A DNA stretch of 25,129 nucleotides from Candidatus Altiarchaeota archaeon (GCA_018815265.1 JAHIYG010000277.1:1-25129), one strand, 5' to 3'; shown: positions 7,464-17,094, counted from the stretch's first letter. Notes: generated by a model not told the origin, from the letters alone. Numbers and translations: made by a program.

Positions 7464-7679
7464 TGGGCCCGCTGGGATTTGAACCCAGGATCTACAGCTT
7501 GCTTCGAACCTCTGTGGCGCAGGCGGTAGTGTATTATGCCGCCGTATGGTGGCATTATTTATTTCGCCCGTGAACCGCAACGAAGACATTAGTCTTCGCA
7601 TGCACAAATGGTTTTTCCTTTGTCGTGGCGTGATGGTTCGTAGAAGGCTGTCGCCATATCCAGGCTTGGCTACGAGCCC
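7464..7679 (-). tRNA. tRNA-Arg (anticodon UCU) with intron at canonical position 37/38; exon 1 7679-7641, exon 2 7499-7464
   Basis: Spliced: GGGCTCG TA GCCA AGCCTGGATA TGGC G ACAGC CT TCT AA GCTGT AGATC CTGGG TTCAAAT CCCAG CGGGCCC A. All four stems pair. CCA not fully encoded (reads ACCT). Confidence 0.95.
7500..7640 (-). other. 141-nt archaeal BHB tRNA intron
   Basis: Perfect BHB: ACAGC-CTTC-TA^C-GAACC ... GGTTC-GAAG-CA^A-GCTGT (4-bp central helix CTTC/GAAG, two 3-nt bulges, outer helix GAACC/GGTTC). Confidence 0.92.
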
Positions 7680-7751
7680 AATATCTGAGTATATGAATAG
7701 GTTCAATAGGAATAAAAAAGTGATTTTATCATTGTTTACCTATTTATTAAC

Positions 7752-8552
7752 ATGGTTTTGGAGGCGCAAGTAAAGACTTACCCCTTAGCTGTGGATTTAA
7801 GGACATACATGACTTTGAGGGGATACAATGCATTTATTTTTCCTCTTTTTGCATTCATATTCCTCCCGCTGGGGTGGTTGCTGGGGTCTCTAGTCATGAG
7901 TGTTTTAGGGATGTTATTCCTTCTATTCACTCCATTTGCGCTAGTTTTTTTGGCTCTTGATTACGAATTATATCCAAGACAAATAAGTATTGATGGAGGG
8001 TATCTGAACATACCTGATTTCAGTGGTTTCCCTCTGTCCCTCATAGGGTTTTCAGGGGAGGGATACATCTTTGACTTCAAAAAAGAGCAGGTTTATATCA
8101 GGGTAAGGTTGTCAAACATACGGGAGGCGTATGTCGTCAAAGACCCTCATGAGAAGCCAAAACCTCTCAGGCAATTTGCTAGAGTAAGGGTGAAAACGAC
8201 ATATTCGCTAGCTCTTCCAACATTTAAGGGATATACTGTCTACACAAACAAGTACGACCAAACGCGATATATGCCGCCACTCACGAAGATTTCAGAAGAT
8301 AGATACATTTTTGAACCGGAGATACACAATCAACTAAAGGAAAAAATCAGAAATCATCTACATCGGCAATACGCCCACGACCAGGATTGTGTTGTCGCCG
8401 TAATGGTGAAAAATCTGGTGTTTACAGTGCCTGAAAATATAAGGAACAGGTACCCTAAACCGATAGAGTATCCTGTGTTCTCAAATGAGACAATCTATTT
8501 TTCAGTTAAAGATCCAGAGAAATTCATAGCAGATCTAAAATATGTCATTTAA
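7752..8552 (+). CDS. Hypothetical membrane protein (N-terminal hydrophobic hairpin, soluble C-terminal domain)
   Basis: 266-aa ORF filling the gap between tRNA and glyA; two hydrophobic helices near the N-terminus; C-terminal YFSVKDPEKFIADLK is reminiscent of PH-like domain tails (weak). Confidence 0.7.
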   Translation: MVLEAQVKTYPLAVDLRTYMTLRGYNAFIFPLFAFIFLPLGWLLGSLVMSVLGMLFLLFTPFALVFLALDYELYPRQISIDGGYLNIPDFSGFPLSLIGFSGEGYIFDFKKEQVYIRVRLSNIREAYVVKDPHEKPKPLRQFARVRVKTTYSLALPTFKGYTVYTNKYDQTRYMPPLTKISEDRYIFEPEIHNQLKEKIRNHLHRQYAHDQDCVVAVMVKNLVFTVPENIRNRYPKPIEYPVFSNETIYFSVKDPEKFIADLKYVI

Positions 8553-8653
8553 CTGAATAACCCAGCACCTCTTTGGTAGAGAACAGGAAATTCATACAGC
8601 GGCTATTTATTTATTGTTATCTTCATATTGTATCGATTGGGTGTTTTTTTAAA

Positions 8654-9901
8654 GTGGATGATTTGTTTTATGCCTCTTTGAAGGATGTTGATAGGGATGT
8701 TTTTGATGCTGTCTCCTCCGAGGAGGTGAGGCAGGAGGGCATAAATCTCATAGCATCTGAGAGCCTCACGTCGAAGGCTGTTAGGGAGGCTTGTGCGTCT
8801 GTCATGACTAACAAGTATGCTGAAGGCTATCCTAGGAAAAGATACTATGGGGGATGCGAGAATGTTGATGTCGTCGAGGAGTTGGCTATTGAGCGTGCCA
8901 AGAAGATTTTTGGGGCAGAACACGTTAATGTCCAGCCGCACAGCGGAACCCAGGCGAACCTCGCCGTGTATTTGGCGGTGTTGCAGCCAGGAGACAAAAT
9001 ACTTTCCATGGAGTTGTCCCATGGGGGCCACCTCTCTCATGGCTACAAAATAAATGAGAGCGGGAAAATCTACAGGGGCGAATTCTACACAGTCAACAAG
9101 GAATCTGGCATGTTGGATTACAACGAGGTGTTGGCGCGCGCAAAGGAAGTTAAACCCAAAATTATTGTATGTGGATACAGTGCATATCCGAGGACTGTAC
9201 CATTTAAGGAGTTTGGGGAGATTGCAGAAGAAGTCGGTGCGTACTTGATGGCTGACATCGCACATATTGCGGGCTTAATCGGCGCTAATGTTCATCCCTC
9301 GCCGGTGGCATACGCGGACTTCATCACAACCACGACACATAAGACATTGATGGGTCCGAGGGGCGCGATGATAATGTGTAAGGAGGAGTATGCAAAGGAT
9401 ATAGATAGGGCAGTATTTCCTGGAACACAAGGCGGCCCATTCATGAATGTAATAGCAGCCAAGGCGGTTTGTTTCAAGGAAAACCTCACTCAGAAGCGCA
9501 GAAATATGAATGCACAGATTGTGAAAAACGCCAAATCACTTGCAAACAAATTAACCACCATAGGATTCAATCTAGTGTCTGGAGGAACTGACAACCACCT
9601 GATGCTGGCTGATTTGACAAACAAGAACCTCACAGGCAAAGACGCTGAAGCAGCTCTTCAGGCTGCAGGGATAACATTGAACAAAAATACGGTTCCATAT
9701 GACAAACAAAGCCCATTCGTAACGTCGGGTGTCAGGATTGGGACGCCATGCGTCACAGTAAGGGGGATGAATGAAGGCGATATGGACAAAATTGCAACCT
9801 GGATTTCAGACGTCATAGAAAATCCCTCAGATGAAAATATGCGTTCTAAGATAAAATCCGAGGTTGCAGAACTTTGCGCTAAGTACCCAGTATACAAATG
9901 A
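8654..9901 (+). CDS. glyA: Serine hydroxymethyltransferase (bacterial/folate type)
   Basis: [59 protein letters not shown] (PLP lysine), [23 protein letters not shown] 8654 chosen because the track's longer N-terminus is non-homologous. Confidence 0.97.
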   Translation: MDDLFYASLKDVDRDVFDAVSSEEVRQEGINLIASESLTSKAVREACASVMTNKYAEGYPRKRYYGGCENVDVVEELAIERAKKIFGAEHVNVQPHSGTQANLAVYLAVLQPGDKILSMELSHGGHLSHGYKINESGKIYRGEFYTVNKESGMLDYNEVLARAKEVKPKIIVCGYSAYPRTVPFKEFGEIAEEVGAYLMADIAHIAGLIGANVHPSPVAYADFITTTTHKTLMGPRGAMIMCKEEYAKDIDRAVFPGTQGGPFMNVIAAKAVCFKENLTQKRRNMNAQIVKNAKSLANKLTTIGFNLVSGGTDNHLMLADLTNKNLTGKDAEAALQAAGITLNKNTVPYDKQSPFVTSGVRIGTPCVTVRGMNEGDMDKIATWISDVIENPSDENMRSKIKSEVAELCAKYPVYK

Positions 9902-10728
9902 CTGTTATACTTGACGGAACGGGTGTGTCGAAGAAAATAAGGACTCAGCTGAAGAGGAAAGCATCTAAACTTAATGTGAAACCATGCCTTGCAGCAGTCA
10001 TCATCGGAGAAGACCATGCATCCAAAATGTATGTGTCTATGAAGGAGAAGGCATGCTTTGAGGCTGGATTCAAGTCAAAGGTTATACGGCTTGGGGGCAA
10101 GACTTCCGAGTATACCCTTCTGAAAAAAATCAATTCTCTAAACTGTGACAAGTCAGTCCATGGCATACTAGTTCAGTTGCCTCTGCCAAAGCACATAGAC
10201 GCGGATAGTGTGTTTCAGTCTATTGACCCGTCAAAGGATGTTGATGGTTTCACACCCGTTAGTATGGGGAAGCTTATGGCAGGTGATGAATCGATGGTTG
10301 CTGCGACACCTAAGGGTGTCATGATGCTTTTGGACGAATACAGGATAAAATACGAGGGCAAGGAAGTGGTCCTAGTAAATCATTCGACCGTAGTCGGCAA
10401 ACCATTGGCTATGCTTTTTCTAAATCGTTTAGCCACGGTCACAGTCTGCCACGTCAAAACCAAAGACCTGAAATCCCATACTAGGCGGGCTGACATATTG
10501 GTTTCAGCAACAGGGGTGCCGCACCTCATAAAAGCCGACATGGTGAAGAAGGGTGCGGTAGTAGTTGACGTCGGCGTGGCAAAGAAGGATGGCAAGACAG
10601 TCGGTGACGTTGACTTCGAGAAAGTCAAGAACAAGTGCTCGTACATTTCCCCGGTTCCAGGAGGTGCAGGACCCATGACAATCGCAGCACTGCTTCAAAA
10701 CACGCTGTTGGCTGCAAAGGGAAAGTAG
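9898..10728 (+). CDS. folD: Bifunctional methylene-THF dehydrogenase/methenyl-THF cyclohydrolase
   Basis: SKMYVSMK (YxxxK), [39 protein letters not shown]; ATGA overlap with the glyA stop. Confidence 0.97.
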   Translation: MTVILDGTGVSKKIRTQLKRKASKLNVKPCLAAVIIGEDHASKMYVSMKEKACFEAGFKSKVIRLGGKTSEYTLLKKINSLNCDKSVHGILVQLPLPKHIDADSVFQSIDPSKDVDGFTPVSMGKLMAGDESMVAATPKGVMMLLDEYRIKYEGKEVVLVNHSTVVGKPLAMLFLNRLATVTVCHVKTKDLKSHTRRADILVSATGVPHLIKADMVKKGAVVVDVGVAKKDGKTVGDVDFEKVKNKCSYISPVPGGAGPMTIAALLQNTLLAAKGK

Positions 10729-10775
10729 GGTTTTTTTAACCCACTCCTCCTTAGTCTTTACTTGGTGGTTTTATC

Positions 10776-12323
10776 TTGAAGATATCCCGCGCCTTAATCA
10801 GTGTCTCAGACAAAAGGGATGTAGTTGATTTCGGAAGAGAACTCTCCAAATTAGGCGTGGAAATAATCTCCACCGGAGGCACAGCAAAGGCTTTATGTGA
10901 CGCAGGCATACCCGTCGTTAAGGTCTCTGAATACACTGGATATCCTGAAATGCTAGATGGTCGCGTTAAAACGCTTCATCCGAAAGTTGAAGCAGGCATA
11001 CTTGCTATAAGGGATAATCCGTCGCACATGGCAAAGCTCAAGGAACATAACATCCCACTGATTGATTTGGTCTGCGTGAACCTTTATCCCTTCAAGAAGA
11101 CAGTGGATAATCCGAAGTCATCGTTTGGGGAAGCAGTCGAAAACATAGACGTCGGAGGACCCACACTTGTGAGGGCTGCGGCGAAAAACCACAAAGACGT
11201 AGCGGTCATAGTAAACCCAGGTGATTACCAGAAAATATTGGGTGAATTAAAGTCAAACGATATGACACTGTCTGATAAGACACTGTCTGAGCTTGCAGTC
11301 AAGGCTTTTGCGCACACTGCGGAATATGACGCATTCATACACCGGTATTTCCACGATAAACTATGCCCTGGCGTATATCCTGAAAAGATGAACATAGTAT
11401 TGTCTAAGGCATATGACCTGCGATATGGTGAGAATCCGCATCAGAGCGCTGCATACTATTTCGACGAGACGGACCCATCAGACGTTAAATCCACAAAGGT
11501 CCTATTAGGCGACAAGAAGCTTTCATTCAACAACCTCATAGACGTTAATGCGGCGTTGGAGCTGGTTAAGGAGTTTGACAGCCCTGCTGCTGCGATAATC
11601 AAGCACTTGAATCCGTCAGGAGTAGGTGTTGCAGAAGATATCGCCTCCGCATATGGGGCAGCGCACAGTGCAGACCCCCAGTCAGCATATGGCTGCATAG
11701 TGGCGTTAAACCGGGAGCCTGATGTCAGGACCGCAAAGGATATTGTTTCAACATTTGTAGAGGTAGTTGTTGCGCCAAGGTACAGCAGGGAAGTGTTGGA
11801 TATACTTTCCACAAAAAAGAAGATGCGTGTTTTAGAGGTTGGTGAAATAACTAAGAAAATCAAGAACATGCAAGACTACCGCAGGGTCGTTGGCGGGATG
11901 CTGGTTCAGCAAGCAGATACCCGCGATGTCACAGAGGCGGACCTGAAGATAGTGTCTAAGAGAAAGCCAACGAAGCAGGAGTTGGAGGCAATGCTTTTCG
12001 CTTGGAGGGTCTGCAAACACACCAAATCCAACAGCATCATATTCGCCAAAAAAGGCCATACAGTCGGCATTGGAGCAGGCCAGATGAGCAGGGTAGATGC
12101 TGTGAAGATTGCGTCAATGAAGTCAGGGGAGCTTGCCAAAGATTCTGCGATGGCGTCTGATGCGTTTTTCCCGTTCCGCGACGGCATAGACGAGGCAGCT
12201 AAAGCAGGCATAACAGCGGTCATCCACCCAGGCGGTTCCATACGCGATGAGGAAGTCATAGCAGCAGCGGACGAACACAACATGACAATGGCCTTTACTG
12301 GAGTCAGGTGCTTCCTACATTAA
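10776..12323 (+). CDS. purH: Bifunctional AICAR transformylase/IMP cyclohydrolase (bacterial-type PurH)
   Basis: RALISVSDK, STGGT, GRVKTLHP, NLYPF, ENIDVGGPTLVRAAAKN, LRYGENPHQ, KHTKSN, GAGQMSR, ASDAFFPFRD, PGGSIRD; TTG start with GGTGGT upstream. Confidence 0.97.
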   Translation: MKISRALISVSDKRDVVDFGRELSKLGVEIISTGGTAKALCDAGIPVVKVSEYTGYPEMLDGRVKTLHPKVEAGILAIRDNPSHMAKLKEHNIPLIDLVCVNLYPFKKTVDNPKSSFGEAVENIDVGGPTLVRAAAKNHKDVAVIVNPGDYQKILGELKSNDMTLSDKTLSELAVKAFAHTAEYDAFIHRYFHDKLCPGVYPEKMNIVLSKAYDLRYGENPHQSAAYYFDETDPSDVKSTKVLLGDKKLSFNNLIDVNAALELVKEFDSPAAAIIKHLNPSGVGVAEDIASAYGAAHSADPQSAYGCIVALNREPDVRTAKDIVSTFVEVVVAPRYSREVLDILSTKKKMRVLEVGEITKKIKNMQDYRRVVGGMLVQQADTRDVTEADLKIVSKRKPTKQELEAMLFAWRVCKHTKSNSIIFAKKGHTVGIGAGQMSRVDAVKIASMKSGELAKDSAMASDAFFPFRDGIDEAAKAGITAVIHPGGSIRDEEVIAAADEHNMTMAFTGVRCFLH

Positions 12324-12488
12324 AATATATGGAGGCAATATTTTTTCATGGCTAACATTGACTATAATTCGCTTAGGGAGAAGATACTTGGTTGGTTTTA
12401 TTTTATCCTACATTTAATATTTGATTGGGTGCTAGTCTAAACCCATAATACGGACACTTTTGTTGCATCATATGCGGGTTCAAACGAA

Positions 12489-13502
12489 ATGGTTTCGAAG
12501 GTATTTTTCATTGACGGCGGGGATTACACAGGGAATTCAGAGAAATGCTTTAGGTTAATCTCTGAAAAATTCAGCGGCAGTGTCGCGTTGAAGACGCACT
12601 TTGGAGAGGAGAAAAATACGACACACATAAATCCTGAATGGATTACATCTCTTGGCACCTACTTCAAAAATCCTGTTTTTGTCGACTGCAATGTCTTGTA
12701 CCGCGGGATGAGGACTAGGAGAACAGACCATGTGGAGTTGGCGAAAAGACATGGGTTCGGATTCCTCCCAATAGACATATTGGACGGTGAAATGGGAGAG
12801 GAGGAATTAGAGGTGCCGGTAAATTTAGGCACTACAAAAAATGCCAGACTCGGAGCCGGAATCGAAAGATACGGAAACTGGGTTGCACTAACCCATTTCA
12901 AGGGCCATATTGCGACGGGATTCGGGGGTTGCATAAAGAATGTCGGGATGGGTTTGGGCTCTCGCGCAGGCAAACTGGACATGCACTCTGTTGTTTCGCC
13001 GGTTGTCAGACAGGAAAAATGTGTTGCATGTGGTAAATGCGTTGCCGACTGCCCTGCTGATGCAATCTCAATAAATGGTAAGGCCAAGATAGACTCTGAT
13101 AAATGCATTGGATGCGCTCACTGCATAGCGGTATGTCCGAACTCCGCGATTGACATACCCTGGGAGATGCTAGACAACACAAACAATGCCTTGATGGAGA
13201 GAATCTGCGAATACGCGTACGCTGCATTGAGGGGGAGAAAATGGTGGTTCATGAATTATATGGTCAACATAACCTATGACTGCGACTGCATGAACATAGC
13301 CCAAAAACCATTCATGAAAGATGTTGGAATAGTGCTGTCCGAAGATATTGTCGCAGCAGACCAGGCAAGCTATGACCTGATTTCTGAAGTAGTGGGCTAT
13401 GACCCGTTCAAGAAGAAATTTGGTGTAGATGGAGCATACCAGCTTGAATACGGGGAAAAGATAGGTTTAGGCTCCAGAAAGTATGTTCTTGAAAGACTAT
13501 GA
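12489..13502 (+). CDS. DUF362-family Fe-S protein with inserted 2x[4Fe-4S] ferredoxin domain (COG2768-like)
   Basis: [46 protein letters not shown] and [28 protein letters not shown]. Confidence 0.88.
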   Translation: MVSKVFFIDGGDYTGNSEKCFRLISEKFSGSVALKTHFGEEKNTTHINPEWITSLGTYFKNPVFVDCNVLYRGMRTRRTDHVELAKRHGFGFLPIDILDGEMGEEELEVPVNLGTTKNARLGAGIERYGNWVALTHFKGHIATGFGGCIKNVGMGLGSRAGKLDMHSVVSPVVRQEKCVACGKCVADCPADAISINGKAKIDSDKCIGCAHCIAVCPNSAIDIPWEMLDNTNNALMERICEYAYAALRGRKWWFMNYMVNITYDCDCMNIAQKPFMKDVGIVLSEDIVAADQASYDLISEVVGYDPFKKKFGVDGAYQLEYGEKIGLGSRKYVLERL

Positions 13503-15157
13503 AAAAAGACATTGAAATAGCTCATGAGGCTAAATTGAAGCCAATAGGTGAGGTGGCTGAACTATTGGGTTTAGAATGTGCGGATTTGATGCTATACGGT
13601 AAATACAAGGCTAAGGTTTCCATTAAACTCCTGGATAAGCTAAAGAACAGGCCTTCTGGTAAGCTGGTTCTTGTGACCTCTATGAATCCAACACCCGCTG
13701 GCGAGGGAAAGACCACGACTACAGTCGGCTTAACGCAGGCAATGAGGAAAATCGGCAAAAACGCAGTCGCATGCATCAGGGAGCCGTCACTTGGCCCTGT
13801 TTTCGGCGTCAAAGGAGGGGCTGCAGGGGGGGGATACTCGCAGGTGCTGCCTATGGAGGACATCAACCTCTACTTCACAGGAGACATACCTTCGGTGTCT
13901 GCAGCAAACAATCTACTGTCATCGTTGATTGACAACCATATCTTCCAGGGGAACAGTCTAAACATCGACCCTACAAAGGTTGTATGGCGGCGCGTCACAG
14001 ACATGAATGACCGCTCATTGAGGAGGATATTCATCGGTTTGGGGGATTCATCAGGGCTGGCGAGAGAGGACAGATTCAACATAACAGCAGCAAGCGAGGT
14101 GATGGCAATACTGTGCCTTAGCACTTCATACCATGACCTCAAGGAGAAACTCGGGAAAATTGTTGTTGCATACACCTTCTTCGGCCAGCCGGTAACGGCA
14201 TCCCAGCTCAGGGCTGAAGGCGCGATGGCCGCGCTTTTACGGGATGCAATGAATCCGAACCTGGTACAGACACTAGAGGGCGGTCCTGCATTCATCCATG
14301 GTGGCCCCTTCGCAAACATAGCACACGGTACAAACTCCATAGTCTCAACTATGATGGCGTTGAAGCTGTCAGATATTGTGGTGACTGAAGCAGGATTCGG
14401 AGCTGACTTGGGGGCTGAGAAATTCATGGACATAGTCTGCCCTATCGCCGGATTTAAGCCGGATGCTGTTGTCATTGTCGCGACGGTCCGGGCGATAAAA
14501 CACCACGGGGGCGCAGCAGACCCTACAAAAGAGGATTTGGTTGCCCTCAAAAAAGGATGTCCAAACCTTAGAAAACAAATAGAGAATGTAATGGCATTCG
14601 GGGTGCCGGCTGTCGTAGCATTAAACAAGTTCCAGTCTGATACACTGGCTGAGATAGAATATGTGCTTGGGGAGTGTAGGAGGTTGGGTGTTGAGGTAGC
14701 ATTGTCTGAAGTTCATGAGCGGGGTGGTGACGGAGGTTTGGAACTTGCTAAATTGGTGTTGGATGTGTCATCCAAAAAAAATAATTACAAACCACTGTAT
14801 GACTTGGATTTACCGATTAAGGAGAAGATAAAGTCCATAGCCTGCAAGATATACGGGGCAGACGATGTCGACTACACAGACGAGTCGCAGCATATAATTT
14901 CCCTTTTTGAGCAGCAGGGTTTACGGGGGTTGCCTATATGCATGAGCAAGACTCAAAAGAGCCTATCTGATGACCCGAACCTGCTTGGTGCGCCGACTGG
15001 ATTCAAAATAACAGTCAGCAATGTAAAGGTTTCGGCTGGTGCAGGATTCATCGTCGCATACTGTGGGAAGGTACTGACAATGCCTGGCCTTCCGAAAAAA
15101 CCAGCTGCAGAAGGCATCGACATCGACGACGACGGAGTCATAACCGGGTTGTTTTAG
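13499..15157 (+). CDS. fhs: Formate--tetrahydrofolate ligase
   Basis: [78 protein letters not shown]; ATGA overlap with the DUF362 gene. Confidence 0.97.
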   Translation: MKKDIEIAHEAKLKPIGEVAELLGLECADLMLYGKYKAKVSIKLLDKLKNRPSGKLVLVTSMNPTPAGEGKTTTTVGLTQAMRKIGKNAVACIREPSLGPVFGVKGGAAGGGYSQVLPMEDINLYFTGDIPSVSAANNLLSSLIDNHIFQGNSLNIDPTKVVWRRVTDMNDRSLRRIFIGLGDSSGLAREDRFNITAASEVMAILCLSTSYHDLKEKLGKIVVAYTFFGQPVTASQLRAEGAMAALLRDAMNPNLVQTLEGGPAFIHGGPFANIAHGTNSIVSTMMALKLSDIVVTEAGFGADLGAEKFMDIVCPIAGFKPDAVVIVATVRAIKHHGGAADPTKEDLVALKKGCPNLRKQIENVMAFGVPAVVALNKFQSDTLAEIEYVLGECRRLGVEVALSEVHERGGDGGLELAKLVLDVSSKKNNYKPLYDLDLPIKEKIKSIACKIYGADDVDYTDESQHIISLFEQQGLRGLPICMSKTQKSLSDDPNLLGAPTGFKITVSNVKVSAGAGFIVAYCGKVLTMPGLPKKPAAEGIDIDDDGVITGLF

Positions 15158-17055
15158 TCTTTGATTTTCATTTTGGAATCAACTAGTTCCCTGAGTTGCG
15201 GATAACTTCTTGCCCTCTCGTTTTGCCTTAGCATTCTGTCTGTCTCTGCAACCTGGGCTTTCAGTTGATTAAGCCTGGTTTCGTCTACATCGCTCAAACT
15301 CATGTTGTATTGGTCTGGTTTTTTAAGCATCCGGTTTATTACTGTATTCAGGTCCCGCCCTGTTGCCAGCATATTTCTAAAAAGTTCAGGTATTACTGGG
15401 ACGTTGTTTGGGTAGTCTTTCTCCCATCCGCTCCACCAATACGGGCAAGATATGAGTGATAGCCCGTAATTCTCCCAGCATGCCCTAATCTCCCTTGGCA
15501 TACTATCCTCATCCACGCCGGGGTTGTGCCTCATATACATGTCTGTTACCTCCTTAAGCGGCCCTTTATATCCTGAAAGCGTATTTCCTACAATATCTCT
15601 AAGCCACTGAGTCTGCGGGTTAATCCACAGGCCGAAGTCGCCGCTCCAGCTTGCGTCATATGGTTGTCTTTCCCGCTCTCTTTCTGAACCAACCATCTGA
15701 AGTGTCTTCCTAAAGGAGGCGACTTCTATACCATACTCCCCCAGTGTCTGCAGGAATATGTGGAAGGGGTAGGCTTCGCCTGGATGATGTAAACCAATGA
15801 ATTCGGCGTCATTTGCAAGTATTATTGCTGAATTCCTACCTTCATATAATGGGTTCCTCCATACTCCATGGTTTCTCTCCGTCCCAAAAAGGTCGGAAAC
15901 AAAGAGTCCCATGAGCCTTTTAGCTTCCAGATGCGCCCAACTAACCTCTCTTTCCGCGTTTAAGCCACTCAAGTCATGTTGCATCCTTTCGCGCTCTGAC
16001 AGCGGGTCTCCGCTGTTTACTGCATGGAATGCCATGGAGTCACAGGCGTTGAATGCTCGAAAGAATGCAGTCACATCAGTTGGTGGATTCCCTAACTCGA
16101 AATTGGTCGCCTTTGTTATGTCAAAGCCGGCGTTGTGGCGCAGCGAGTCAAAGCACACAATGAAATTAACTTTGTTTTTTGCCTCCACGTCAGTCAATAC
16201 ATGGAATAACTCATCAGTCTTCGCCTGTTCAGGGACATGCAGGCTGACCATCCCATCTTTTGGGGTGAAATGCGCGAGATAATATCTCAATGAGTGATCG
16301 TATTCTCGCATCATGTCGTCTCTTGAGAGAAGCGGGGCTATGGAGTGGTGTGCGTTGGACAAACCAACATCCAATGCATCTACTTCATGGGCCTTCTTCA
16401 TCCGTTCAAAGACATTCGGGTAAAACTGCTTTACAAGACGGAACGTAGTCTCAGGAAGCGTGAGCGTCAATGCATTTTTTACGCCACTTTCTGCAAGGAT
16501 TTCACCCATAACAATAATTGGTATTATCGTGTTCCTGACTGCCTTTCCTAAATATGTCTTTGCAGTAGAGGTTTCGTCAGTCAACGGTGTCTGGGCGACG
16601 AAGTCCCTAACTCTTGTGATGAATTCATCCCCCTCTATCATTGACTTATCTATTGAGTATGCGCTGCGCGGGTCTTGAGGGCTCATTATGACATTCTTGT
16701 TGACGCGAGGCTGGTATGCTTGGAACTCGATACCTACTACTGCAGTACCCAGTTCTATTCTGTTGTTTTGCCTTGTTCTTTCCAGGTCAACCTCAGTCAG
16801 CTTGGCATACTCCTCAGATGCTTCCTGGTCGCTATCCAGCAGGGCTGCTGCATTCTCTTCTGTGAGTTTGCCCTTTTTCAGTGCATAAAATGCGAGCTGC
16901 CCTTTTGTGTAGGATGGAAGGCTTTTACCCAACTCCAGTGCTCTTCTGCTTAGGCCTTTTTTCTCAATCCTCAGGCAGGGAAGCTCTTCTTTGCTGGCGC
17001 CACCGTCTTGTTCCGAGACTTTCGCGTTTTCAGCTCTCGTGTTCTGGGACTGCAT
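15154..17055 (-). CDS. Divergent glycoside hydrolase family 57 protein (DUF3536-like)
   Basis: GH57-like conserved regions in the right order: [29 protein letters not shown] (nucleophile Glu), [18 protein letters not shown] (acid/base Asp), [12 protein letters not shown]. Start at ATG 17055 or 17076; the track start 17106 overlaps folC. Confidence 0.65.
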   Translation of the reverse strand: MQSQNTRAENAKVSEQDGGASKEELPCLRIEKKGLSRRALELGKSLPSYTKGQLAFYALKKGKLTEENAAALLDSDQEASEEYAKLTEVDLERTRQNNRIELGTAVVGIEFQAYQPRVNKNVIMSPQDPRSAYSIDKSMIEGDEFITRVRDFVAQTPLTDETSTAKTYLGKAVRNTIIPIIVMGEILAESGVKNALTLTLPETTFRLVKQFYPNVFERMKKAHEVDALDVGLSNAHHSIAPLLSRDDMMREYDHSLRYYLAHFTPKDGMVSLHVPEQAKTDELFHVLTDVEAKNKVNFIVCFDSLRHNAGFDITKATNFELGNPPTDVTAFFRAFNACDSMAFHAVNSGDPLSERERMQHDLSGLNAEREVSWAHLEAKRLMGLFVSDLFGTERNHGVWRNPLYEGRNSAIILANDAEFIGLHHPGEAYPFHIFLQTLGEYGIEVASFRKTLQMVGSERERERQPYDASWSGDFGLWINPQTQWLRDIVGNTLSGYKGPLKEVTDMYMRHNPGVDEDSMPREIRACWENYGLSLISCPYWWSGWEKDYPNNVPVIPELFRNMLATGRDLNTVINRMLKKPDQYNMSLSDVDETRLNQLKAQVAETDRMLRQNERARSYPQLRELVDSKMKIKD

Positions 17056-17094
17056 AGTTGATATATTATCGTGCATTACTCTGTTATATAATCT
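17056..17094. promoter_or_regulatory. Candidate overlapping divergent TATA promoters for GH57 and folC
   Basis: TTATATAA at 17084-17091 lies about 30 nt upstream of ATG 17055 (-); ATATATTAT at 17061-17069 lies 26-34 nt upstream of GTG 17095 (+). Geometry fits leaderless archaeal transcripts. Confidence 0.4.

Noticed and set aside
7293-7477. Canonical CRISPR array
   Set aside because: Only two degenerate 55-57 nt units derived from a tRNA end, no cas genes or leader in the window; kept as an unclassified array.
7500-7640. C/D-box guide RNA inside the intron
   Set aside because: No RUGAUGA or CUGA on the transcribed strand.
7271-7773. Track ORFs 7271..7555 (-), 7404..7706 (-), 7546..7773 (+), including the idea that the intron encodes a protein
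   Set aside because: They run across the tRNA exons and repeats; no ORF is confined to the intron and there is no homing-endonuclease motif.
8573-8653. N-terminal extension of GlyA from the track start
   Set aside because: Non-homologous sequence from an AT-rich intergenic region; GTG 8654 matches normal SHMT length.
10728-10742. GGGTT-T5-AACCC after folD as a terminator
   Set aside because: Very short stem and purH follows co-directionally 47 bp later; cannot be distinguished from chance.
8553-12488. ZTP (pfl) or THF riboswitch upstream of glyA, purH or fhs
   Set aside because: No segment matches the consensus elements I recall; intergenic gaps are short and AT-rich.
2691-16282. Long antisense track ORFs (e.g. 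2691..3341, 8603..9265, 13870..14628, 15797..16282)
   Set aside because: Shadows of well-supported genes on the opposite strand, with no independent motifs.
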